Source: a bacterium
GTDB lineage: Bacteria > Krumholzibacteriota > Krumholzibacteriia > G020349025
Assembly: GCA_031362565.1 (NCBI GenBank)
Contig: JANLSU010000120.1
Coordinates: forward strand, 138,872 to 202,871
Length of the DNA: 64,000 nucleotides
Reading direction: 5' to 3'
The position numbers and the translations under genes are program-made. How positions within the stretch are numbered: position 1 is the stretch's first letter; each line of letters starts with the position of its first letter. Below the pieces are notes generated by a model, which was not told where the DNA came from, did not search any database, and saw nothing but the letters and a program-made list of their open reading frames with translations. This document shows, piece after piece, positions 37,711-47,800 of the stretch.

Positions 37711-40700
37711 TCACTTCACGAGCATCATCTTCTTGGCCTGCGTGAACGTCGGCGTCTGCAGGCGGTAGAAGTACATTCCGGTGCCGAGAGCGTTGCCGCG
37801 CTCGTCACGGCCGTCCCACACGATTGCGTAGCGGCCGGGCGCTTGCGCCCCGTTCACGAGCGTCCGCACCGTGCGTCCACGGACATCGAAGATGCGCAGG
37901 TCGATGTGCGCCGCCGCGATGCGTTCACCGTTGACGCGGGCCGGAATCGCGTAGTTGATCTTGGTGGTCGGATTGAACGGGTTCGGGCTGTTCTGCGCCA
38001 AGGCGAAGGACTTGGGCAGCAGCGACTCGGTGTTCACGAACTCGAGGCCGATCGACTTCGAGTCGTTCGCCGCCCAAGCCGTGTTCGCGTCGCCGACCTG
38101 CACGACGTCCGCACCACGCACCTTGAAGGTGATCGCGTCCCCATTCACGGCGCCCTCGTCGGCGTCGGTGATCGAGATGTCACCGGCGATGTGCAGAATG
38201 CCGACCGTTCCATCCTGTTTCACGGTCGCCGTGCCGCACAGCTTGCCTTGAGCGTCATACGCTTCCAGCACTGTGCCGGTGGGCGCCGGCTTGCCATCGA
38301 TCGTGAACTCGGTGCTCCACACGTCCATGACCGTCGGCACCGACATCGCGTCCGAGCGCGCCGCAACCGGCATCTTGCCGCCTTGCTGCGCTTCGGCCGA
38401 GCCAGCCTTCGGCACGCCGCCGTACACGAGCTGATCCGCGGCCGTCATGTAGAACCAGTAGCCCTGGCCGCTGCGCATCTCGTGCAAGTCGGACAGTGCG
38501 GGCAGCGACGGATAGTAGGTGTGGTACCCGGCGCCGGTCTCGTAACCGCGCGCCAACGAGTACGAACCGGCGATCGTCGCGAGTGCCATCGCCGGCGCCA
38601 TCGGTGCCGCCGGCATGTAGCCCGCCAAGTTCCAGCCCGTGCCAAGGTTGATCGGCGCCACGGGGTTCGTCGGCAAACCCGTGATGGCGAGCGTGCCCGG
38701 CTGGGTCATGTAGATCCAGTAACCGTGCTTGGCGTCCATGTTCTGCAAGTCGCTGAAGTCGACCGGCAGACCTGGCAGGTAGGTGTGGAACGCGCTCTGA
38801 TCGTAGCCGCGCACCACGCTGTACTTGCCTTGGATCGTCGCCAGAACTTGGTCGATACGGGTGTTCGCCGGATCGACGTTGAAGGAGATCAAGTTCCAAC
38901 CGGCGCTGAGCAGGTAGCCGGCGCTTTGCGTCGAGGACACCGGTGTCGACCAGGCGCTGGCGTTCTGGGCCACGTCACGGGCCCGGACGCGATACCAGTA
39001 CGTCACACCGTCGGTAAGACCGGTAAAGCTATACGTCGTGGCCGCCATCCAGTCCGAGGTCGCGAACACGGTCGCGAAGCTCGCATCGGTCGAGCACTCC
39101 GCGTCGTATTCGGCCGCGGTCGCGGTGGCGCTCCACGAGACCAGGTTCGAAGCACCCTGAGTCACGCTTGGTTCGGCGAGCATGGTCGGAGCGTCCGGTG
39201 CCGTCGTATCGATCAGCGTCTGCGCGTCCGGTGTTCCGGGTGCAGTTTCGAAGTTCGAAGCGCTGTCAGTCGCACGCGTGTAGAAGGCATAGGCGCCGTC
39301 ACCGCCGAGCGCCGAAGCGTCGAACGCGATCGGGCTCGTCGTGAAGGGGCCGCCCGCGTACGGTGCGAAGGCGCCACCGTTGCGGGACACGTACAACTCG
39401 ATCCCTGACAGGCCGCTGGTCGCGTCCGCCGCCGACCAGGCGATGTCGAAGGCCGAAGCCGTGGACAGTGCCGGCAGCGCCGCCGTCTGCGAGGCCGGTG
39501 CACTCGCGTCCTGCGTGCTGGACATTGCCGCCGACCAGGCGCTCTCCACGCTCAGGTTGTTGCGTGCCTTGACGCGATAGAAGTACTGCGCGCCATCGCT
39601 CAAGCCGTTGAAGTTGTGCGACGTCGCCGCCATCCAGCCGCTCTCGGCGAAGATCGAAGCGAACGTGTTCGCAGTCGAAGCCTGGACGAAGTACGCGATG
39701 TTGTTCGCACCCGGCGTCCAGGCGATCGTGCGGCTCGTACCGGCCGTGAAGGACGGCAGAGAAGCCAGAGTCGGCACCGCGGCCGCACTCATGTTGACGA
39801 TCGTCTGCGCGTCCGGGCCACCTGGGGCCGGCTCGCGATTGGCGACGCGGTCACGAGCCCGGGTGTAGAAGGCGTAGTTGCCTTCGCCGCCCGTTGCCGC
39901 GACGTCGAACGAGATCGGGCTCGAGGCCCAAGGCCCGCCCGCATACACCGTGTAGGCGCCGCCGTCCTTGGCGTAGTAAAGGTCGACGCTCGCGACGCCA
40001 CTCGTAGCGTCGTTGCCGTTCCACGCAATCGGGAAGGTCGGCGTGGTGATTACCGGCGCGAGCGCAGCCACAGCTGAAGCCGGCGCCGTGTCGTCGAGCG
40101 TCGTCGTCTGAACAGTGGCATAGGGCGACTCGTTCTGGGCCGCATCGCGGCACTTCACCCGGAACCAGTACGTCGTGCCATCGTCCAGCGAATTGAAGTT
40201 GAAGTTGGTCGACGAGAGCCAGGCGCTCTGCGACGTGATGGCCGCGAAGTCGGCGGCCGTGGACATCTCGGCCTGGTACTCGATCGCCCCCGTCGCCGCC
40301 TGGCTGTTCCACGACAAGAGCACCGCGGAACCGGCCATGAACTGTGCCAGAGAAGCGATGGCTGGCGCATTCGGCGCGCTCGCGTCGATCTGCGTTTGTG
40401 CATCGGGCGATCCCGGCGCCGCTTCGTAGTTGCCCGCCGTGTCACGGGCGCGCAAGTAGAAGGCGTACTGACCGTCGCCGCCAAAGTTGGCGCTGTTGAA
40501 CGCGATCGGCGAGCTCGTGAATGGGCTCCCGGCCGCGAGTGCGAAGGCGCTGCCATTGCGGCTGTAGTAGAGATCCGTACCGGCGATACCACTCGTCATG
40601 TCCGTGCCGGACCAGGCGAGTGACACGACCGGCGTGTTGAGCAGGGCCGGCAGTGCCGAGAGTTGCGACGCCGGAGCGGTCGCATCCAGGATGGTGGCGG

Positions 40701-43700
40701 CCAGAGACGAGAAGGCGCTGGCGTTGTGCGCCGCGTCACGCGATTGGACGCGGAAGTACGCCGGTTGGCCATCCGCCAAGCCGCTGAAGTTGAAGTCGTT
40801 CGCCACGATCCATCCCGTGTCCTGGCCGGGTGTCGCGAAGGTCGCCGCCGGCGAGGTCTGGGCCCGATACTCGGTGGCGCCGATGGCGGCATCCCAGTGC
40901 AGGTTCAGCGACGTACCGAGGGTGAAATTGTCGAGTGCCGCGATTTGCGGTGCCGCCGGCGCTGCCGTATCGATCATCGTTTCGGCGTCGGCCGCTGCCG
41001 GCGCGTCTTCGATGTTGCCGACGTTGTCGTGGCCACGGGTGTAGAAGGCGTACTGGCCGTCACCCATCGCCGATGCATCGAAGGCAATGGGGCTCGCCGT
41101 GAACGGACTGCCGCTCACCAGCGTGTAGGCCCCGCCGTCCTTCGACATGTAGAGATCGGCGTTGGCGATGCCGCTCGCCGTGTCATTGCCCGTCCAAGCA
41201 ATCGACAGCAGTGCAGCAGCGCTGGTCGCCGGCAGCGCAGCCGCCTGAGTGGCCGGGGCCGATGCATCCAGCGTCGTCGCAGCCGGGCTGCCGAAGGCCG
41301 AAACGTTACCGGCAGCGTCACGCGACGCGGCGCGGAAGTAGTGGATCTGGCCATCGGCGAGACCCGTGAACGTGTGATCGATCGCCGGTGCCCAGTCGGT
41401 CTCGGCGAGAATCGTCGCGAACGCAGCATCCGTCGATGCTTGCGTGCGGTAGGCCGTCGCGCCCGAAGCGCTCGCATCGGCCCACGTGATGGCGCGATCG
41501 CTGCCGGCCGTGAACGGCGGCAGAGCCGCCATCGCCGGCGCCGCGGCCGGCGTCGTGTCGATCATGATCTGCGCATCGGCGGTTGCCGGTGCCGTTTCCG
41601 TGTTGCCCACATGATCGTGTGCCGCCGCGTAGAAGGCGAACGATCCGTCACCGAGCGCGCTGGCGTCGAGGGCGATCGGCGTCGCATCGAACGGACTGCC
41701 GCTCACCAGTTGCCATGCGCCGCCATCCTTCGCGACATACAGATCCACGCCGGCGATGCCGCTCGTGGCATCGCTGCCTGTCCAGGCCAGGCTCAGGTGC
41801 GGGTCATTGCTGAGGGCGGCGAGCGGTTCGATCTGCGACGTGGGCGCGGTGGCGTCCATCGTCGTGCTTTGCATGCCCGAGTAGCCGGTCATATTCGCCG
41901 CGATATCGCGGGCCTGCACCCGGAAGTAGTAGTGCTGGCCGTCTGTGAGGGCCGCGAAGTCATGTTGCAGTTCCGCCGCCCAGACGGTCGCGAGATCGAT
42001 CGTCGCGAAGCCTGGATCGGTGGACATTTCGACGCGGTAGGCCGCGGCGCCCGACGCGCTCTCATCCGACCAGTGCAGCGTCAGCGCCGCCCCGCTCGTG
42101 AACGTCGTCATGCCGGCAATCGTCGGCGCACCCGGCGCCGCCGTGTCGATGACGATCTCGGCATCGGCCGATGCAGGCGCATCCTCGATGTTGCCGGCTG
42201 CGTCCGTGCCACGTGCGAAGAACGTGTAGTGGCCGTCGCCGCCAGTCGTGAGAGCGTCGAACGCGATCGGACTCGAGGCGAATGGACCGCCTGGATACGC
42301 GAGCGCGGCACCGCCGTCCTTCGAATAGTAGAGCTCGATGCCCGTCAAACCGCTCGTGGCATCGGTTCCGGACCAGGCGATCTCGAGCCCCGTGGCGCTC
42401 GATGTCGGCGGCATTGCCGCCACAGCCGTGGCCGGCGCGGTAGCGTCTTGCGTGCTGGCAAGTGCAGCCGAGGGGGTCGATTCATTGCCGACGGTGTCAC
42501 GGCTCCGAACGCGGAAGTAGTACATCGTCGCGTCGGCAAGACCGGTGAACGTGTAGTTGTGGTCGGTCGTCCAGTCGCTCTCCGCGACGAGCGACGTGAA
42601 GGCAGGATCGGTCGAGGCTTGCGCCCTGAACGACACGCCCTCGCCCGTCCAGTCGATCGAGCGGGCTGCACCCGGCGTGAAGGCCGGCAGGGCGGCGATC
42701 GCCGGAGCCGTAGGCGGCGCCGTGTCGATGACGATTTCTGCATCACCGGTCGCGGGCGCTGCTTCGGCGTTGCCGACGGCGTCCGTGCCCAACGTGTAGA
42801 AGGCGTACGTGCCGTCGCCACCCATGGCGGAAGCATCGAACGCGATCGGGCTGGTGGCGTACGGGCCACCCGGCAGAAGCGTAAAGGCACCGCCATCCTT
42901 GGCGTAGTACAGCTCGACCGCAGTGAGACCGCTGCTGGCGTCCGCACCCGTCCAAGCGATCGACAGTGCCGGCGACGCCGACATCGCGGCCATCGCATCG
43001 ACGCTGGTGGCCGGCGCGCTTGCATCCTGCGTGCTCAGGGCCAAGGCGCTGAAGGCCGATTCGTTCAGAGCCGCATCGCGCGACTGCACGCGGTAGTGAT
43101 ACTGCGTGCCGTCCGCGAGGCCGGTGAACGTGTGCGTGAGGCTTGAAATCCAGTCACTCGTCGAGGCGATCGCATCGAAGGTGGGGGTCGTCGAGGCTTG
43201 AATGCGATATTCCATCGCGCCCGACGCCGCCTGATCATCCCAGGTCATGTCCCGCGACAAACCCGGCGTGAAAGCCGGCAGCGCCGCGAGAGCCGGCATG
43301 GCCGGCGCTTGCGTATCGAAGATCGTCGTCGCATCGGCGGCTTCCGGCGCCGTCTCGGCGTTCGCGACATTGTCAGCCGCGATCGTATAGAAGGCGTAGG
43401 CGCCGTCGCCGCCGGTCGTCGAGGCGTCGAACGCGATCGGCGTCGCCGTGTAGGGGCCGTTCGGGTACATCGTGAACGCGCCGCCATCCTTGGCGTAGAA
43501 GAGCTGCACGCCCGACACGCCTGAGAGGGCGTCGATCGCTAACCACTCGAGGTCGAGCGTTGAATTCGACTTGTAGGTGCCGAGTGCCAACACGTGGGAC
43601 GCGGGAGCGCTCGCGTCTTGCTGGCTCGCGACGGCGGTGGCGAAGGCCGACTCGTTGTTGGCGATGTCGCGGGCCTTCACCCGGAAGAAGTACGGCTGGC

Positions 43701-44613
43701 CGTCCGCCAGGCCGCTGAAATTGAAGTTCGTCGTCGCGATCCAGCCGCTGTTGCCCACCAGCGACGTGAAGGCGGCGTCGAGAGCGCATTCGGCGTAGTA
43801 CGCCGAGGCGCCGCTCGCTGCTTGATCACTCCAGGCGACCGTGTTCGCCGCACCCGGTGTGAAGCCCGGTTCGCCGGCCATGATCGGCACATCCGGCGGC
43901 GTCGCGTCGGTCGGCGTCGCGACGCCCGAATTGACGGACATCGCCGTGCCCGGGTACGCCGGCGTGCCGCGGTACACGAGCCCGAGCGCGTACTGGTAGT
44001 TGGTCCCGAACGTGACTGCCGTGTCGTGGTACGCGGAGTCGGTGAGCGCGATCGCGTTCAGTTGCGTGAACGCGATGCCGTCGGTACTCCGATAGATGTT
44101 GTAGCCCGCCACCAGCGACGGCGTGCCGGCGGTCAGAGCCGCATGCCACGTAACGTCGATGAATGCGGGGCCACCGACCGCAAGCGGCACCGGAATCGGC
44201 CGCACGGTCATGCCCGGGAACACGTCGGGGTCCACCGACGCCAGAGTTTTGACAGCCAACCCGTAGTAACCGGCATGCGCGGCAGTGCCGGCGCCGGTCT
44301 GCATCTCGAGGACGGCGGCGTGTTCATCGCCGACCAGCCACTGGCGGGTGAGCCCGAAGCCCACATCGTGCAACCAGTAGCCGGGCAGCGTCGTGCCCGT
44401 CGTCACCGACGTGCGCGCTGCCGAATCACCCGTCCAGTAGATTTGCGTGGTCGCCGAGGCGTCCGTTTCCGGAACACCCGGCGCTTCGGACACGGCTCCA
44501 CCTTCGGTGTGCGTCGTGCCTGCGAATGCCGCCGGCAAGCCGGCCAACATCGTCAGCAGGAACGTCACACCTCCGATGAGGCGCATCCAGCGGGGTTGGA
44601 TCGCTTGAAACAT
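37711..44613 (-). CDS. Giant secreted FN3/Ig-repeat protein (about 2300 aa) with FlgD-Ig C-terminal domain
   Basis: AAGGAG RBS before ATG 44613; signal peptide; alternating tandem repeats; PNPFNPTT...WDGRD..G..LGTGMYFYRL...KKMMLVK. Confidence 0.9.
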   Translation of the reverse strand: MFQAIQPRWMRLIGGVTFLLTMLAGLPAAFAGTTHTEGGAVSEAPGVPETDASATTQIYWTGDSAARTSVTTGTTLPGYWLHDVGFGLTRQWLVGDEHAAVLEMQTGAGTAAHAGYYGLAVKTLASVDPDVFPGMTVRPIPVPLAVGGPAFIDVTWHAALTAGTPSLVAGYNIYRSTDGIAFTQLNAIALTDSAYHDTAVTFGTNYQYALGLVYRGTPAYPGTAMSVNSGVATPTDATPPDVPIMAGEPGFTPGAANTVAWSDQAASGASAYYAECALDAAFTSLVGNSGWIATTNFNFSGLADGQPYFFRVKARDIANNESAFATAVASQQDASAPASHVLALGTYKSNSTLDLEWLAIDALSGVSGVQLFYAKDGGAFTMYPNGPYTATPIAFDASTTGGDGAYAFYTIAADNVANAETAPEAADATTIFDTQAPAMPALAALPAFTPGLSRDMTWDDQAASGAMEYRIQASTTPTFDAIASTSDWISSLTHTFTGLADGTQYHYRVQSRDAALNESAFSALALSTQDASAPATSVDAMAAMSASPALSIAWTGADASSGLTAVELYYAKDGGAFTLLPGGPYATSPIAFDASAMGGDGTYAFYTLGTDAVGNAEAAPATGDAEIVIDTAPPTAPAIAALPAFTPGAARSIDWTGEGVSFRAQASTDPAFTSLVAESDWTTDHNYTFTGLADATMYYFRVRSRDTVGNESTPSAALASTQDATAPATAVAAMPPTSSATGLEIAWSGTDATSGLTGIELYYSKDGGAALAYPGGPFASSPIAFDALTTGGDGHYTFFARGTDAAGNIEDAPASADAEIVIDTAAPGAPTIAGMTTFTSGAALTLHWSDESASGAAAYRVEMSTDPGFATIDLATVWAAELQHDFAALTDGQHYYFRVQARDIAANMTGYSGMQSTTMDATAPTSQIEPLAALSNDPHLSLAWTGSDATSGIAGVDLYVAKDGGAWQLVSGSPFDATPIALDASALGDGSFAFYAAAHDHVGNTETAPATADAQIMIDTTPAAAPAMAALPPFTAGSDRAITWADASASGATAYRTQASTDAAFATILAETDWAPAIDHTFTGLADGQIHYFRAASRDAAGNVSAFGSPAATTLDASAPATQAAALPATSAAALLSIAWTGNDTASGIANADLYMSKDGGAYTLVSGSPFTASPIAFDASAMGDGQYAFYTRGHDNVGNIEDAPAAADAETMIDTAAPAAPQIAALDNFTLGTSLNLHWDAAIGATEYRAQTSPAATFATPGQDTGWIVANDFNFSGLADGQPAYFRVQSRDAAHNASAFSSLAATILDATAPASQLSALPALLNTPVVSLAWSGTDMTSGIAGTDLYYSRNGSAFALAAGSPFTSSPIAFNSANFGGDGQYAFYLRARDTAGNYEAAPGSPDAQTQIDASAPNAPAIASLAQFMAGSAVLLSWNSQAATGAIEYQAEMSTAADFAAITSQSAWLSSTNFNFNSLDDGTTYWFRVKCRDAAQNESPYATVQTTTLDDTAPASAVAALAPVITTPTFPIAWNGNDATSGVASVDLYYAKDGGAYTVYAGGPWASSPISFDVAATGGEGNYAFYTRARDRVANREPAPGGPDAQTIVNMSAAAVPTLASLPSFTAGTSRTIAWTPGANNIAYFVQASTANTFASIFAESGWMAATSHNFNGLSDGAQYFYRVKARNNLSVESAWSAAMSSTQDASAPASQTAALPALSTASAFDIAWSAADATSGLSGIELYVSRNGGAFAPYAGGPFTTSPIAFDASALGGDGAYAFYTRATDSASNFETAPGTPDAQTLIDTTAPDAPTMLAEPSVTQGASNLVSWSATATAAEYDAECSTDASFATVFATSDWMAATTYSFTGLTDGVTYWYRVRARDVAQNASAWSTPVSSTQSAGYLLSAGWNLISFNVDPANTRIDQVLATIQGKYSVVRGYDQSAFHTYLPGLPVDFSDLQNMDAKHGYWIYMTQPGTLAITGLPTNPVAPINLGTGWNLAGYMPAAPMAPAMALATIAGSYSLARGYETGAGYHTYYPSLPALSDLHEMRSGQGYWFYMTAADQLVYGGVPKAGSAEAQQGGKMPVAARSDAMSVPTVMDVWSTEFTIDGKPAPTGTVLEAYDAQGKLCGTATVKQDGTVGILHIAGDISITDADEGAVNGDAITFKVRGADVVQVGDANTAWAANDSKSIGLEFVNTESLLPKSFALAQNSPNPFNPTTKINYAIPARVNGERIAAAHIDLRIFDVRGRTVRTLVNGAQAPGRYAIVWDGRDERGNALGTGMYFYRLQTPTFTQAKKMMLVK
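38925..43905 (-). repeat. Intragenic array of two alternating domains (9 type A, 8 type B; period about 195 aa)
   Basis: A: P.FT.G...W...F.GL.DG..Y.FRV..RD...N.S; B: DA.AP...W...D..SG....LY..KDGG.....PI.FD....GGDG.YAFY. Confidence 0.85.
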
Positions 44614-44879
44614 CTCTGTCGCTCCTTGGGCAATTGCAAACACGATCGAACGAACGAACAACAGTCGAACGCTCGGAACACCGAACGACGGCGGACGATT
44701 CACGGCGCCAGGTGCGGCGGGAATCGCGGCAGCTCTTGATCGAGGCTTGGTGCCCTCGCGGGCAGTGCGGTCGTGCGGTGCGGCCTCCGTCGCCGCCGGT
44801 CGAGGCGGGACGGAGGCCCGAGCGGATTTAGTGGCGCGCCGTCAATTGGCGCTTCCGAAGGCTGCGAACCGGTCCTGAA

Positions 44880-47800
44880 TCAGCGGGCGCGCGGGCGCCA
44901 GCCGTTGACATTTGCGTTGACCACGATGCCGTAACCCTGGCCGGGCACGATCCCGAAGTTCTGGCCGCGCCAGCCGTTCGCAAAGTACAGGTAGCTCTGC
45001 GGCGCCCCGGTCGCGGCATCGAAGCGAATAATCTTCGCGACCTTGGCTGGGGCAGCACCGCCATTCAAGTGATCCAGGAGTGCCTGGGCATCGGTGTAGT
45101 CGGCGCTGTACGGCAATCCCAACCAATAGATGTTGGATGTCGTGCCGCGCGACTGGAAGTTGAAACCGAGGGCCGGATTGTGTGCCCCCACCAGCGCCTG
45201 CGTCAGATTGGTCTGCAGCGTGATGGCGTACGCTTCGCCGGCGATGATCGGGAAGTTGTCGCCGACCCACGCGCCAAACTCATAGTTGAGCGCCTGGGTC
45301 AACTGCGTCGTGGCGTTGAAACGCGTGATCCGGCGTACGGGGCCCGGAATCGGACCGCGGTTCAGGTCGTTGACCAGCGACTGCGCATCGACGAAACCGC
45401 TCAGGTACGGGATCGCAATCCAGTACGCGTTCTCCGTGCCGGACGCAAAGGACAGGCTGAGCGCCGACTTCATGGCCAGAGCCGAACCCGTCCACGATTC
45501 ACGATTGCTTGCCGACACGGCGTAGACCCGATAGAAGTAGTTCGGGGCTGCATTCAGTGCGCCGGTATCGGTGAACGACTGGCCGGTGGTCGTGCCGAGC
45601 AGATTCGAGTGCGCAACGACGTCCGGAACGAAGGCCACCGTCGTGCCGCGATAGATGTTGTAGTGATTGGGAATGAAGGTCGCACCCATCGAGTCGGTGG
45701 TGCAGGGCGACCAGCGCAGAAGCACGCTCGATCCGCTCTTGACCGCCGTGAAACCGGCCACTTGCGCCGGCGGCGGGGCCTGGAGCGGCTTGCCGCTCAT
45801 GACCGTCGAGTTGGTGTTCTTGTTGCCGGCGCCGTCGCTGGCGCGCATCACGTAGTAGTAGGTGTTGCTGGCCGAGAGCCCGCTCACCGTCGTGCGCACG
45901 TTGGCGGCATCCAACTGCGCCAGGAACAGGAAGTCGGCGTTCGACTTCTTGTAGTTGTGCACCTGCACTGCGAGCGTGTTCTTGCCGACGTACAATGCAT
46001 TCGTGAACGCCGACAAGTCGATCCAGCGCAGGGTAGGGTTCGGCGTATAGTTGGTCGGCGATGCCAGGTCGAGCACCGCGTTCCAGGACGGATTGACGCT
46101 CGACGCTGCCAGTGAATTGAAGTTCGCCGGGTTGTTCATGTTGTCGCGCGTCACTTCGACGCCGTTGATGTAGGCGATGAAGCCATCGTCCACGAGGACG
46201 CCGAGCTGGATGGCCTGCGGAATCGACGCCAGGTTGAAGTTGGCGCGGAAGTACACCGACGTATAGGCGTTGTTCATGTCGGACAACACCGTCGCCGGCT
46301 GATAGCGGTTGCCGGTGTCATAGCCGAAGGCACCCTCGCCCGCCAACCAGCCCGAGTCGTCGAAGTTGCGATCCTTCCACAGGGCCGGCGGGGCGGATGT
46401 GCCCTTGAGGAAGTGCCAGCTCGCACCCATCGGCACGATCGGTGCCGTGCCGCTGATGGTCGCGGTCGGGGTCGTGAAGTTGAAGCCGGCCGGCGTGAGC
46501 GATTGGTACATCTGATACGAAATCGGTAGCGTGTTGTCCTGGGCGGCGTTCCAGCTCAACGTCAGCGTTCCGTCACCCGGGGTGATACCGGTCAAGCCGG
46601 CGAAAGCCGGGGCCACGGCATCGGTGGGCCTGGCGGACATTGAAATCACCGTGGTCGTGCGGTTGCCGGCCTCGTCCACGGGAACGACGGCGAACCAGTA
46701 GTTCGTGCCGTTCACCAGTCCGGTGATGTTGGCGGACGCCGCCCCAGCGGGGACCGTCAACACCGGCACCGAGGTGCCGAGCGTCGTAAAGGACGACGAT
46801 CTCTGATAGATGTCATAGCCGGCGACATCACCCTGAGCGGCCTCGGGGTACCCTGGCCAGGCGAGCGCCACCGTGCCGCCGGCTGCGGTGTTCGTCGCGG
46901 TCAGGGCGGCGATCGCCGCAGGGGCAATGTTGTCGAGCCCGCGCACCGGTCCGACCTCGAGCGAGAACGTCGACTTCTTCACACCGGCGCTGTCCGACTG
47001 CACCACGTACCAGTAGTCCTGAGCGTCGGCGGTCGTGCTGTCGTTGAAGGTGTTCGTGCCGTTCGGCACCCAGCCGAAAGACGTCGCGCCGTACACCCCG
47101 GCGGTGGTCGTGCGATAGATGTCGTAGCGCGTGATGTTGGCGTCGGCACCGATGAGCGCCCACGTCAGCTTGATCCAGCCGCCTTGGTCCGCCGGACGAT
47201 CTGCCGCCGTAAAGCTCTTGGGTTCGGCGAGGCCGCCGTTGTTGACGGACGTGACCGGGCCGACCTCGAGGAACGCCGAAACGTTCATACCGTCGGTGCA
47301 GCGGATCCGGTAGAAGTAGTTGGTGCCGTCGAGCGGCGTGTTGTCGAAGTATTCGACCGAACCTGCCGGGCGGACCGAAAGCGGCGTGGAGGGATACGAA
47401 GTGCCACTCTTTTTGCGATAGATCTCGTAGCCGCTTACGTCGGCCATGCCGCCGCCGTCATCCAACGACTTGGTCCACGTGAGGCGCAGGCTGCCGCCGT
47501 CGTCGGTCGGCGTGTCAATCACCGCGAGAGCCGTGGCCGGGTTCGGCGCAATGTTGTCGATGGCCGCGGCGCTCGTCCCCGCACCGGCAAAGATGGCGTT
47601 CATTTTGCCGCTCGAGTCGAATGCGCCGACGAACACCGAGTACTGCTTGCCGCGCACGAGCGGCAGGCCGTTGAACGTATCGAGCCGCATGTGCAACGAG
47701 TCGGGATTGGTGATCGGCGCCAGGTTGAGCGGCGTCATCCCGGATGCATTGGTAAACGGTGCGTCGTTCACGAAGATATCGTAGTGATCGAAGTCGGTCG

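Noticed and set aside
38925..43905. Long tandem DNA repeats as a mobile element or diversity-generating array
   Set aside because: The repeats are in-frame, strongly diverged protein domains, and no reverse transcriptase or recombinase is nearby.
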